This document shows, one piece after another, positions 24,092 to 38,284 of a DNA stretch of 64,000 nucleotides. Origin of the DNA: Eledone cirrhosa (lineage: Eukaryota); contig OZ024752.1 in assembly GCA_964016885.1 (NCBI GenBank), forward strand, positions 11,842,001 to 11,906,000. The letters are read 5' to 3'. A program made the position numbers and the translations under genes. Each line of letters begins with the position of its first letter. The stretch's first letter is position 1. The notes under the pieces are model-generated. The model made no database searches and had not been told where the DNA came from. It saw only the letters and a program-made list of their open reading frames with translations.

Positions 24092-24280
24092 TAATTGTGT
24101 CTACTTTTGGCACAAGGCCAGCAATTACCCAGTACATTACTGGTACTTTATTTTATCGACCCCCGTAAGGATGAAAGGCAAAGTTAACCTCGACGGGATT
24201 TGAACTCAGACCGTAAAGGGACGTAACTATGCTAGAAAGCATGGCGTCCAACCCTCTACCGATACTGCCAATTCACCGCC
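24092..24280 (-). mobile_element. SINE family A with TSD
   Basis: Flanking direct repeat ATATTCAATAAT. Confidence 0.9.
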
Positions 24281-24344
24281 CTTTAAATATTCAATAATAT
24301 ATGAATGTTAGTCTGTTTCTCCTTACATACTTACAAAGCTGTCG

Positions 24345-24656
24345 ATTCTCCCCGTTGGACGGGGAGATCTCCCACCCCCTTTGAGGTGGATGAGAGATGT
24401 CTTCTCATGTGAAAATGAGTATAGCTTTCATTATGTAAAATCTCCCCATTTTGCCTCATTTCTCCCCGTTTTGGGGGCACATTTTTTTCATGGTACTCCT
24501 CGTTTGTGTTTTTAGAGGTTAGCAGGTCTGCCCTTCCAATACTCATATATTGTGGTGTAGCATAGAAAACTGGATATTGCTCATTAAGAGGAATCCTAAA
24601 TCTCCCCAATTTGCCTAATTTCTCCCTGTGTGGGTCTTTAGAGGTTGGCAGTCTGT
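24345..24656. mobile_element. Unclassified repeat, probably a DNA-transposon end
   Basis: Shares TATAGCTTTCATTATGTAAAATCTCCCCATTTTGCC...TTAGAGGTTGGCAG with 51960-52075. Confidence 0.45.
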
Positions 24657-24934
24657 ATTTATCTGAGCAGCCAGTTTCTGTTAAGGTGAGTAAGATAGAC
24701 TCGTGTTTAAACAAATCTATTTCAAAAAACATCAACACTACATGTATCTAAAACGGAAAATGAAGGGAAGAGCAAGGGCCCTGGGGTCACAAGTGAATGG
24801 GAGGGGGAAGAGGGAGGGTGATGAGCTCTGGGGTGACAGAAGAATGGGAAGGGAAGAGGAGGGTGATGGGCTCTGGGCCTAGAGCGCGGTGGTTTGGGGG
24901 CTGTGCTCCGCAGACAAGAAAGCAAAAGCATTAG

Positions 24935-25390
24935 ATAGTATTTGGATGACCTCATTGTAATCTTCAGACTATATACAGGTTGACTAGAAACATATGTAAA
25001 ATGTGGGTTAGAAAATAGGCGAAAACCATCAAGAAAGGGAAATTAATTAAAAGCATTAATGTCATGTTAGATGAAGAAGCTGAGATAAGCGAATTAAACG
25101 AAGGCTTACAAATACTTGAATATTAATGAACTAGATAGAGTACAATACACACAAATGGAAGAAAAGGTTAGAAAATGATATTGTAAATGCATTAGATTAA
25201 TACTTAAAATAAGGCTAGATGAAAAGAAAAAGATAAATGACAGCCATCCTCTCGTCGTCAAAGAAATAAATTATAATCAGAATGTTCTCTACCACTAAGT
25301 GAATTAGCTAGACAAGACAACAAAGATGGAATACATCAGCCAAAATCTAGAAAGATTATATTTACTACGAATAGAATAAGGTTGTTGTCT
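24935..25390 (+). pseudogene. Degraded non-LTR reverse transcriptase fragment (R4/Dong-like)
   Basis: YLDDL motif followed by KKGKLIKSINVML...YKYL-like residues, with stops and frameshifts. Confidence 0.5.
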
Positions 25391-25538
25391 TCTGAAATTA
25401 GAAAATTAGTATAAAATAATTTATATATATATAAATGTATGTATAGTATATTTGTATAAAATAATTTATATATATATGAATGTATGTATGGTATATTTGT
25501 ATAAAATAATTTATATATATATGAATGTATGTATAGTA

Positions 25539-26437
25539 TCATAATCTATAAAGCTCAGTGTGTGGTCATGCTCCTTCGTTATAGAAATCTACGATATAGA
25601 ATTTCTTCAATTGAAATTTACAATTCAGTATTCGAAATAGTTTCGATTGCGTCTTGACGCAGATAATTTTTTCAATTTCACCCACAATTACACAAAAAAT
25701 AGATAAAACTCAATATTTTACGATTTTTCTCTCTCATTTAAACTGCTGAACTCTTTCTACTACCATTCAAAATCTATACAACTTCATACTTTCTGCTACT
25801 TTCTCTTTCCAAGCTTGATGGTGATACTGTCCGTTCACACCACTCCCTACTGTCTTAAATTTAGAAAACACATATCTTCTATGAGGTTACTAAACCTGCT
25901 AGAAACAGCAGCTAACTCTCCCCCATATCACACCACTCCCCACTGTCTTAAATTTAGAAAACACATATCCTCTATGAGGTCACTAAACCTGCTAGAAACA
26001 GCAGCTAACTCTCCACCATATCACACCACTCCCTACTGTCTTAAATTTAGAAAACACATATCCTCGATGAGGTCACTAAACCTGCTAGAAACAACAGCTA
26101 ACTCTCCCTCATATCACAACCCTCCCTACTGTCTTAAATTTAGAAAACACACAGACAACCATGCAGAACAACTCCATCGCAGCTCTGTTGTTCGGCTGGC
26201 ATCGTCTACGCGCGTGTTGCGCAAGTACTGTGAAACAATAAATTTCAACACTTTTTTGCACAGAGATAATATCCATAGGCGAAACTACAATTGTCACTGC
26301 TGGCGCAGCTCCTGCTTCGAGGTCTGCAATTCATTCACCCAGTGCCTGACAGACAAAAAAGTGCTGCCATAAAATGGGTGGTGCAACCTAACTTTGGTAA
26401 CTTAATGACCCCAAGCAACGCCGGGCTTTAATGCTAG
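25539..26437 (+). mobile_element. Non-autonomous Helitron
   Basis: Starts with TC and ends with the hairpin CCCAAGCAACGCCGGG plus CTAG. It is inserted between A and T of a host minisatellite unit (GTATAGTA|TATTTGTATAAAA), with no TSD. Confidence 0.85.
25837..26152. repeat. 93-bp tandem repeat (about 3.4 copies) inside the Helitron
   Basis: Explains the 31-aa periodicity of the ORF at 25815-26372. Confidence 0.9.
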
Positions 26438-27021
26438 TATTTGTATAAAATAATTTATATATATATGAATGTATGTATGGTATATTTGTATAAAATAATT
26501 TATATATATATGAATGTATATATAGTATATTTGGCAATATACTGTATGTTTAATTAAACACATTTTGAAGACCATTCGCTGTGAGTTTTAAAGTAATGAC
26601 TATGTCACTTATTTTCGCAAAAACTAAGGAGAGTGATCGACTGTCTGTTTCTCGCTTGTTAGCGTTTATCAAGACCACACACTCCTCTGTCTTTGCCGGA
26701 TTCTTATAGAATTCCAGTAATATTTAGGATCTGCTGGAATTCTATAAGAATCTAGCTTCTATAATTATCAGCAAAAGCAGCAGGAATGCTTTTGCGATCT
26801 TGTCCGCGCGGTGCAGCCCCAACACCACCGTGCCCTAAGCTCATCACCATCCTCCCCATCCTTCTGTGACACTAAAACCCTTGCCTTTCCCTCCTTTTTC
26901 CGTTTTTATATTTTCTTATTTTACATTCCATTCTTTCTTCTCAATTTTTTTTTTTTTTTTTTTTTTAATCTTAATTTAAACACTTCACTCGTTCCCTGCT
27001 GTGGTAAAACGTGTATATATA

Positions 27022-27499
27022 CAGTGTACCCCCATTCGCGGTCCCGGTTAAGCAATTTTCCCTAGAACCTAACTAATATTTGTTCGTGGAAACCACCGCA
27101 TATTCGCGGAATCGTAAATATCTTCCGCCATTTTTTATGGCTTTTTAACGCTAAACCGTTAATAACAATATATCGCATTTGCCGGTCCATTGGACGCCCC
27201 TTCGCATAAGACGTCCAATATTTGCGGCTTTTTCACTCTTCGCGAGTGTTCTAAGAAAGTAACCCCGCGAATACCGAGGGACAGCTGTATTCCTCCAAAC
27301 AATATTATTGATGATTGCTTGTACTAATTTCTCGTTCAATTCCCGGAAGTTAATTCATACTTCTGATAATTTATAGGCATTTATAAGCATATTTCTGACG
27401 TTTATAGGCATTTTTATGGACCACGTCCAATATTTGCTGTTTTTCACACTTCGCGGGTGTTCTAACAACGTAACCCCCGCGAATACCGAGGGACAACTG
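27022..27499. mobile_element. Tigger/pogo-like MITE with duplicated right end
   Basis: Left end TA-CAGTGTACCCCC. The right-end motif CCCGCGAATACCGAGGGACA(G/A)CTG-TA occurs at both 27287 and 27499. Confidence 0.65.
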
Positions 27500-27989
27500 T
27501 AAATGCAAATTTTCGGCGGTTATCGTAAATCGTGTAATTCTAATTATTCAAAATAATTGTTTCTACTTTAGGCACAAGGCCAGCAATTACCCATTCAAAA
27601 TAATGTCGCTGCATTCGGTCATGAGGGTCTATCGTTTTTTTTCTCATTGTGAAATAAATGTATTATGGAGAGAAATTAGATTTTTTTTCTTCTTTTCGTT
27701 TTCTGTCTTTCCTTTCCTCAAAATGTGCCTTCGTTCATTTATATTTTGGCGGAGGATGGAGGGATTTTTTCTTTATATGCTGTAGTAATTTTATTAGTTT
27801 ACAAGATAAAGAACTTCGGAATTAAATTCTTTTCTCCTGAAACGAAGGAAAATAAAGCAAACAATTAAAGTACTTAAGATTCCTCCTTAAGAAATGTTTT
27901 ACTTGTAATATGTCTTACTTAAACATCACAATATGGTTAGCCACGAGAAGAACGTCTGCATGACTCAAGTGCAATAAATAATGATATTA

Positions 27990-28646
27990 ATTGTTTCTAC
28001 TTTAGGCACAAGGCCAGCAATTTTGAGGAAGGAGAAAATTCGATTAAATCGACCCCAGTGCATTACTGGTACTTTATATTATCGACCCTGTAAGGATGAA
28101 AGGCAAAGCTAACCTCGGCGGGATTTGAACTCAGGCAACCATATCTCTCTCTCTCTACTCTATCCCCCCCCCTCTCTCTCTCTCTCTCTCTCAATATCAT
28201 ACATCCAGACACAAGCACACCTACAGATATATACGCAATGATTGTTTCTACTTTTGGCACAAGGCCAGAAATTACCTCCAGTGTCTTACTGGTACTTTAT
28301 GTTATGGACCCGGTAAAGATGAAAGGCAAAGTTTTAACCTTGGCAAGATTTGAACTCATAACATAAAGGTCCTTAACTCTATGACGCTAATCATGTTGTC
28401 CGACACTCTACCGATTCTGCCAATCCACTGCCCTTTTTATATCAAATAACAATAATATTCGTTTCTACTTTTGGCACAAGGCCAGCAATTATTCCAATGC
28501 ATTACTGGTACTTTATTTTATCGACCCCCGTAAGGATGAATGCAAAGTTAACCTCGGCGGGATTTGAACTCAGAATGGAAAGGGCCGTAACTCCATCCGT
28601 CAAAGCATGGCGTCCGACCCTCTACCAATCCTGCCAATCCACCGCC
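27990..28646 (-). mobile_element. Cluster of three SINE family A copies
   Basis: Copies at about 27990-28134, 28240-28432 and 28460-28646. Confidence 0.85.
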
Positions 28647-28899
28647 CTAATATTCGATTCGTTTGAAAGCAATCAGCCTTATTACATCATGTTTTAGACG
28701 ACTATCGCCATCATTTTCATCACCACCACCACCACTACCACCACCATCATCATCATCATCATCATCACCACCATCACCACTAACACCACCATCATCATCA
28801 TCATCATCACCATCATCACCTCTATCACCACCATCACCGCCACCATCATCATCACCACTACGATCCTCACGCTAATGTTGATGGTGTTAATTCAATGTC

Positions 28900-28944
<45 letters not shown>

Positions 28945-29200
28945 CTTGTGCCATAATAAATACCGAGTATGATATTACTTAGCAACAGTCACGTGACTAA
29001 AGAAACGTTAATGATTTTTGTTCGTCTCATCCCTTGGTGTGTTTATCATCAATACAAGGTTAACACACCCGATAGATTACATGTGCCAAACAATGGCTTC
29101 CTCATCCAATCGATATCTTTCCTTCTAGAACATTCGAGCCGTAGTAAATATCTTGTTGACTCAGTCATCTTTACTTACTAGGGATTCCCAATACAATGGC

Positions 29201-31268
29201 AGAATTCACACTCTCTAATCTAGTTATAGAGCACCTCTCGTTGGGAGAATTCAAACTCTCTAATCTAGTTATAGAGCACCTCTCGTTGGGAGAATTCAAA
29301 CTCTCTAATCTAGTTATAGAGCACCTCTCGTTGGGAGAATTCACACTCTCTAATCTAGTTATAGAACACCTCTCGTTGGGAGAATTCACACTCTCTAATC
29401 TAGTTATAGAGCACCTCTCGTTGGGAGAATTCAAACTCTCTAATCTAGTTATAGAGCACCTCTCGTTGGGAGAATTCACACTCTCTAATCTAGTTATAGA
29501 ACACCTCTCGTTGGGAGAATTCACACTCTCTAATCTAGTTATAGAACACCTCTCGTTGGGAGAATTCACACTCTCTAATCTAGTTATAGAGCACCTCTCG
29601 TTGGGAGAATTCACACTCTCTAATCTAGTTATAGAGCACCTCTCGTTGGGAGAATTCACACTCTCTAATCTAGTTATAGAGCACCTCTCGTTGGGAGAAT
29701 TCACACTCTCTAATCTAGTTATAGAGCACCTCTCGTTGGGAGAATTCACACTCTCTAATCTAGTTATAGAACACCTCTCGTTGGGAGAATTCACACTCTC
29801 TAATCTAGTTATAGAGCACCTCTCGTTGGGAGAATTCAAACTCTCTAATCTAGTTATAGAGCACCTCTCGTTGGGAGAATTCACACTCTCTAATCTAGTT
29901 ATAGAGCACCTCTCGTTGGGAGAATTCACACTCTCTAATCTAGTTATAGAACACCTCTCGTTGGGAGAATTCACACTCTCTAATCTAGTTATAGAACACC
30001 TCTCGTTGGGAGAATTCACACTCTCTAATCTAGTTATAGAGCACCTCTCGTTGGGAGAATTCACACTCTCTAATCTAGTTATAGAGCACCTCTCGTTGGG
30101 AGAATTCACACTCTCTAATCTAGTTATAGAGCACCTCTCGTTGGGAGAATTCACACTCTCTAATCTAGTTATAGAGCACCTCTCGTTGGGAGAATTCACA
30201 CTCTCTAATCTAGTTATAGAGCACCTCTCGTTGGGAGAATTCACACTCTCTAATCTAGTTATAGAGCACCTCTCGTTGGGAGAATTCACACTCTCTAATC
30301 TAGTTATAGAACACCTCTCGTTGGGAGAATTCACACTCTCTAATCTAGTTATAGAGCACCTCTCGTTGGGAGAATTCACACTCTCTAATCTAGTTATAGA
30401 GCACCTCTCGTTGGGAGAATTCACACTCTCTAATCTAGTTATAGAGCACCTCTCGTTGGGAGAATTCACACTCTCTAATCTAGTTATAGAGCACCTCTCG
30501 TTGGGAGAATTCACACTCTCTAATCTAGTTATAGAACACCTCTCGTTGGGAGAATTCACACTCTCTAATCTAGTTATAGAGCACCTCTCGTTGGGAGAAT
30601 TCAAACTCTCTAATCTAGTTATAGAGCACCTCTCGTTGGGAGAATTCACACTCTCTAATCTAGTTATAGAACACCTCTCGTTGGGAGAATTCACACTCTC
30701 TAATCTAGTTATAGAACACCTCTCGTTGGGAGAATTCACACTCTCTAATCTAGTTATAGAACACCTCTCGTTGGGAGAATTCACACTCTCTAATCTAGTT
30801 ATAGAGCACCTCTCGTTGGGAGAATTCACACTCTCTAATCTAGTTATAGAACACCTCTCGTTGGGAGAATTCACACTCTCTAATCTAGTTATAGAACACC
30901 TCTCGTTGGGAGAATTCACACTCTCTAATCTAGTTATAGAACACCTCTCGTTGGGAGAATTCACACTCTCTAATCTAGTTATAGAACACCTCTCGTTGGG
31001 AGAATTCACACTCTCTAATCTAGTTATAGAGCACCTCTCGTTGGGAGAATTCACACTCTCTAATCTAGTTATAGAACACCTCTCGTTGGGAGAATTCACA
31101 CTCTCTAATCTAGTTATAGAACACCTCTCGTTGGGAGAATTCACACTCTCTAATCTAGTTATAGAGCACCTCTCGTTGGGAGAATTCACACTCTCTAATC
31201 TAGTTATAGAACACCTCTCGTTGGGAGAATTCACACTCTCTAATCTAGTTATAGAGCACCTCTCGTTG
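29201..31268. repeat. 45-bp satellite, about 46 near-identical copies
   Basis: Unit GAATTCACACTCTCTAATCTAGTTATAGAGCACCTCTCGTTGGGA, with only two recurring variant positions. Confidence 0.97.
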
Positions 31269-32030
31269 AATATATCACTAAGGTAATTCATAGTTATTAT
31301 GTATATCAAATATATATATGTGTGTGAGAGAGAGAGAGAGAATGTGTGTGTGTATGAGAGAGAATGTGTGTGTGTATGAGAGAGAATGTGTGTGTGTATG
31401 AGAGAGAGTGTGTGTGTGTATGAGAGTGTGTGTGTGTGAGAGAGAGTGAGTGAGTGTGTGTGTGAGAGGGAGAGAGTGTGTGTGAGAAAGAGAGAGAGAG
31501 TGTGTGTGTGTGTGTGTGTGTGTCTATATACAAATAAATGTTTATATGTATGTATATTTATATATACAAATCGATAGATAGATGGATGGATCTATATATA
31601 CCGTATTTCCCGGCGCCGAAGACGCTTCGTCCTCGAGGACGTACCCTAATTTTGACAACCAAAAATTTGAAAAAAAATAAAAATAAACAACCTTTGGTCT
31701 CCAGGACGCAGGGTAGATTTTTGAGACATATTTTAGGAAAATTCGCTATGTATTTATATATTCACATATACATATATATTTATATAAACATATATACGAC
31801 AAAAAGCAAGCACCCAGTCCACTCTGTAAAGTGGTCGTGTAGGAGACACGGTAAAAAGGCTCCCAGTACACACTGTAAATGTGGTTGGTGTTAGTAAGGG
31901 CATCCAGCTGTAGAAAATCTGCCAGAAACAGTTATGTGCGAGCGAGACAGGGTCACCCGACTAATCTTGCCTCAAGTGGGACAAACCCGTCCAACCCATG
32001 CTAGCATGGAAGATGAACGTTTAGCGATGA

Positions 32031-32704
<674 letters not shown>

Positions 32705-32814
32705 TTCAAATTAAAAGATATATATCTAAATATAAATTCTAATAGTGAAAGAGTTAAGAATAAAATGGTCGGCTGTACAAAAAGGGTTTTATTTTCATTG
32801 TTAATACTGTAAAG

Positions 32815-33002
32815 GCGGTGGATTGGCAGTATCGGTAGAGAGTCGGACACCATGCTTTGAAGCAAAGAGTTACGTCCCTTTATGATTTGAGTTCAAATCC
32901 CGCCGAGGTTAACTTTGCCTTTCATCCTTACGGGGTCGATAAAATAAAGTACCAGTAATGTATTGGGTAATTGCTGGCCTTGTGCCTAAAATAGAAACAA
33001 TT
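32815..33002 (+). mobile_element. SINE family A with TSD
   Basis: Direct repeat TTAATACTGTAAA on both sides. Confidence 0.9.
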
Positions 33003-33655
33003 ATTAATACTGTAAATACTGTAAAACTGTAAATACTGTAAAACTTTGCGTGTAGGTAGGTCTCTCTGGAAATAGGGGTGGGGGCGCTGAGGGTGTTGCG
33101 TGGGTGAGCACAAATTTGAAAACCTTTGCTGTAAGTTAACCCGATTCCGATATCTGGTAAAACCATTTCTCTCCATTTCTCTCCACATGTCAGCCCATCT
33201 AAATATAACCAATATCTTTACATTTCATAGCTTTGTCACGTAGTATTCATATGACAAAGTATACTTTACTGGACATTTTAATTAAGATGTGTTTATTTAT
33301 TCATTCGGGAAACTGTAACAAGCTACAGCTGATATTTCTTATCGATAGAGCAAACGTTATATATGTTCTTTTCAATATGTAAAGTGCTAATGGCCTTTCT
33401 TTATTATATGCATCAGGTGTAGAAGTTCTTTCGTCATTGAAACATTCACTTCATAATCACCAGATTTGCTCTTCAATATGATTTAAAGATTCATACTACA
33501 CGTCAAATCATAGAGCCAATAGGTGTCACTGTATCATCGTCTGTTTAAGTAGTCGGCTGCATCAGGATCCTTTCAGTTATTTTAGAGACAACTAAATTTT
33601 TTTTTTTCAAATGTTGACTCAAAAGAAAAATAACAATAAATTTCACTTTAGAGTG

Positions 33656-33709
<54 letters not shown>

Positions 33710-34003
33710 AAAATGTTCAAACCCCGACGGCAGAGCTCAAGCTGTTTCGAATACCTTAAGTATTGAGTACTCTGGTGCGTTATGGTCCACCTGGTTCCTT
33801 ACCACACTTCCTACGTTATATATATATATATATATATTGTTATATTTGGGGAGGGTCATATTATTATATTGCCAGAAATAATAACAGAACACACTCACTG
33901 TTTGGTGTAGATTGGTTTTCGCTTCTGTATCTTTTATATTTCCATAGTTGATATATCTGGCAATCAATGTTTATCATTGATTGGCCAATGGTTAAAAATA
34001 CAG

Positions 34004-34034
<31 letters not shown>

Positions 34035-34038
34035 TAGT

Positions 34039-34085
34039 CTATCAAAGTTCTTTCGTCACACATTTGTGACTTCATCAGTGGTACT
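34039..34085 (-). ncRNA. Hammerhead ribozyme core (PLE-type)
   Basis: Minus strand CUGAUGA-A-GUCAC-AAAUGU-GUGAC-GAAA-GAAC-UU. Stem I is partly decayed. Same family as 53705-53749. Confidence 0.6.
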
Positions 34086-35131
34086 ATTATGTTTCTTCCC
34101 GTTGTATTGTAATGCCTACACCATTTTTATTTTATTTATTTATATATATATATATATATTGTCAAACATTTGTGGCTTTCGTCTCTGGAAAAGCATTTGT
34201 TATAATGTTTTGCTAACGAGGCTCTGTGTATAAAAAACTATGTTTGTCACCGATAATGATATACATAGACTTACAGGTCTTAAATAATCGTCCCCCTCCC
34301 CGCTTATTAATTTTTCAGATTTTTTCCAACCCCTTGTTAGTCTATCTCCGGCGAATTTTATTGTAAGTGATTCATATTGATACGGCAGCTGGAGAATCTA
34401 ATAATAATTTTATTTTACATTAAAAAACCATTATATATGACAAAAAAAGAACATTACAAGAAACCCCATATTTACTAACGTACACCATACAATTTCCCCA
34501 CGCATCCGTTTAATGTATTTTTTTTAAAGAAATGTTCCGAACAGTTTTCCAGTTTCTTATATATATTCTAAGAAATATATTTAAACTATGAAAGGTTTCA
34601 AAAGTGTTTTGACACAACATTCTAGGCTCCTGAGTCAATCATGTACTTTCAGGATGAGAAAGAAAATGTTTATAATCTTTATCATAGTTTGTAAAGAAAC
34701 TATGGTACGGTAATATCCACTAGTTTATCGACAATGTCGGACAGAAAAGTCGATGTATGATGTCCAATTCATGATATCTCGATAATTATTATTTATATAC
34801 GGGTATTCCGTGGGTATTCTGCATATATCAATATCAGAATATATATACCCTTTTGTATGTATATATAATGCATTATTACGCATACATATGCATGTCTTAT
34901 ATATAGTTATGCTTATATATGTATGAATACATACATACATTATATCATTCGGTGGATTGGCAGTATTGGTAGAGGGTCGGACGCCATGCTTTGACGCATA
35001 GAGTTCGGCCCTTGCCATTCTGAGTTCAAATCTCACCAAGGTTAACTTTGCCTTTCATCCTTACGGGGTCGATAAAATAAAGTACCAGTAGTACACTGGA
35101 TAATTGCTGGCCTTGTGCCTAACGTAGAAAC

Positions 35132-35173
<42 letters not shown>

Positions 35174-35304
35174 ATAATAATAAAATTAAAGACTAAAATC
35201 CAAAGAGGGCTCGATAAGGAAAATATATATCAAATATATAAGAACCGTAGAGCAAATATTTATTAAAATAACAGTCTTTGCTTAAACTTTAATCTGTTAT
35301 TTTA

Positions 35305-35341
<37 letters not shown>

Positions 35342-37582
35342 TGTGTATATATATATGTTTGTGTGTGTATATATGTATATGGGGACAGGAGAAAGTCGAT
35401 TAAATCGACTTCAGTGCGTGACTGGTACTTTATTTTATCGACCCTTAAGGATGAAAGGCTAAGCTAACCATGGCGGGTTTTGAACTCTATGCTGCTCGGC
35501 ATATTTTCCGATACTGCCTATTACCTAAATGATTTATTTTTATCCTGCTTTCCTCTACCTTTATAATGGTTTCTTATATAGGCACAAGGCCAGTAATTTG
35601 GGGGGAGGGGGAAAGTCGATTAAATCGACCTCAGTGCGTGACTGGTACTTTATTTTATCGACCCCATAAGGATGAAAGGCAAAGTTAACCTCGGCGGGAT
35701 TTGAGCTCAGATCATAAAGAGCCGTAACTCTATGCTGCAAAACATGGCGTCCGACCTTTTATAATGAGAAGTAATTAATTGCCTTCATTTTAAAGAAATT
35801 TTAATTAAAATTTAATTAAGAATCGTGCCATTTTAATCTCTATTACTATTTTACTATGCCATTTTTACTTGTCTCATTTTTGCCTGAACCATTTTTTCCG
35901 TGTGTGATTTATATTGTGCAGACTAAGAAATATCGAACGTATGTTTCTACTAAATTAGAAATGTTGTCGCTTTAATTTCTTGGTAGAAATATCAACAATC
36001 GGTAGGCACCTCTTAAGCCAATATACTCCCCCACCCCACACCTCCTTCTTCATCCTCCCACTTCCGTCCACACCACCCCTTCTCTGTAAAGTTATGTTGG
36101 TACCACAGAACATCCAATCCACAATGTAAACTGATCGTGTAGGTGTCACCCCAAAAAGTACCCAGTCCACATTATAAAGTGGACATGTAGGTGTCACGAC
36201 AAAAAGCAGCTGGTCCACACTGTAAAGTGGACATGTAGGTGTCACGACAAAAAGCACCCAGTCTACACGTTAAAAAGGCTGCCAGTCCACACTGTAAATG
36301 TGGTTGGCGTTAGGAAGGGCATCCAGTCGTAGAAAACCTGCCAGGAACAGTTCTATACTAGCGAAACATGGTCACCCGACCAATCTTGCCTCAAGTGGGA
36401 CAAACCCGTCTAATCCATGCTAGTGTGGAAGGTGAACGTTAAACCAGTGTATTACTGGTACTTTATTTTATCGACCCCGTAAGGATGAAAGGCAAAGTTA
36501 ACCTCGGCGGGATTTGAACTCAGACCATAAAGGGTCGTAACTCTTTGCTGCAAAGCATGGCGTCCGAGTCTCTACTGATACTGCCAATCCACCGCCCATA
36601 TATCTAAACATTAATATTTATTTACCTGCCATTGAAAACAGTCAGAAAATGTGTTAGCTTAAAGAATCGGTACTAAACAAGTGATGGGGTTTTTTTTTGG
36701 GGGGGGGGGGGGGGGGGTCATGAAACGTAGTTGATGAATACTTAATATTAAAAGTAACCTTTCCTCTTTCCAAGTACATTTGCCAATTTTTAAGTAATCA
36801 AAAAGAATGTTCTCGTTTTACGTGGTGAATTCTTCAGAGAGTTTCGCCAGAAATGAACTCATTTATATATCTAAATCAGAGAATATCTGTTTGTCTCTCT
36901 GTCTGTCTGACTCCCTAAAACTCGAGACCCCCCCCCCCCATCCCAACCGATTGTTTTCAAACTTTACATATGTAATACTTATGGTCCTGTGAGTGTTTTG
37001 AGAAAAAAGATTTCAAATTTTCAATGCGCTAGGGACCGCATTAGGCGATTTAGCGATCTCTCTCTATAATTCTTAGTCTTTCTTTTTAGATAGATACATA
37101 GATATAACGTTGCGCCCTTATAATTGTTTCTACTTTAGGCACAAGGCCAGCAATTACCCAGTGCATTACTGGTACTTTATTTTATCGACCTCGTAAGGAT
37201 GAAAGGCAAAGTCAACGTTGCGCCCTTATAATATCAGTCTGTATGTCTGGCTGTCTGCATAACGACATTATGACGCTGTGTGTGTGTGTATATATCTATA
37301 TATAGTGTGTGTGTATATATATAGTGTGTAACGTTTTTCGAAATATTTACTTCTGCGTTCACAGATTGATTTTTTTAGTTTCAGAAGATCCCGTTAAGAG
37401 TGAAAGCAGCGATTCTTTGCTTAAACTTTAATCTGTTATTTTAATATATATATATATATAATTATATATTCGTGTAGAGATATTTTTGCATACACAATAA
37501 CAAAATATAAACAAACGTATTTATTTCACGAGGTTCGATAAGGATAAATATATATCAAATATATAAGAACCCTAGAGCAAAT

Positions 37583-37610
37583 CCCGAGCAACGCCGAGCC
37601 ATTCTGCTAG
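37583..37610 (+). mobile_element. Helitron 3' terminus
   Basis: CCCGAGCAACGCCGAG...CTAG-T, similar to 26410-26437. Confidence 0.55.
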
Positions 37611-37985
37611 TAGAATACTAAAACTTTCATGATAATATTAGGTTCTTTATTAAAAATGAAACATACTAATTTTATTGTTGGGTAAACATTACTTTCATTA
37701 TTTTAATTGGACCTGATGACGGTGGATTGGCAGTATTGGTAGAGGGTCGGACGCCATGCTTTGACGCATAGAGTTACGGCCCTTGCCATTCTGAGTTCAA
37801 ATCCCGCCGAGGTTAACTTTGCCTTTCATCCTTACAAGGGTCGATAAAATAAAGCACCTGTCGACATTCCCCCCCCCCCCTCCAAAATTGCTGTCCTTGT
37901 GCCTATATAAGAAACCATTATTTTGATTGGATCTACTTCTATAAAGCATATATAATAAGTTGTACATCTGTTTGTCGTTTCTTTG

Positions 37986-38059
<74 letters not shown>

Positions 38060-38246
38060 TCGTATTCGCCTCATTCGGGAAACCATTTTGCTCTGATATT
38101 TACATAGAGCACTCTTCATTTCTATGACCTTTTCTGTTTCCAACTGAAATTTCAATACTTATATATATATATATATAGTTCAAAGAAACGACAAACAGAT
38201 GTACAACTTATTAGTTTCACGCTTTATATGAAAAAGTGTAAAGAAA

Positions 38247-38284
38247 GTTCGACGTGTCGGGCTTTAGCCCTTCTTCAGGAGTTC
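38247..38284 (-). ncRNA. Degenerate hammerhead motif
   Basis: Minus strand CUGAAGA-A-GGGC-UAAA-GCCC-GACA-CGUC (GAAA mutated to GACA). It is adjacent to the inverted repeat at 37953-37990 / 38176-38213. Confidence 0.5.

Noticed and set aside
29171-31309. 712-aa and 696-aa ORFs as genes
   Set aside because: They are entirely the 45-bp tandem unit, with no unique domain or splice evidence.
36820-37075. Helentron/DINE-like element
   Set aside because: A (GTCT)n stretch and a small hairpin are suggestive, but I could not define the termini.
37380-37445. CAGAAGA-TCCC..GGGT-GAAAGC repeat (also 56232-56300) as a hammerhead
   Set aside because: The core is altered and there is no convincing stem I, stem III or cleavage triplet; kept only as a dispersed repeat.
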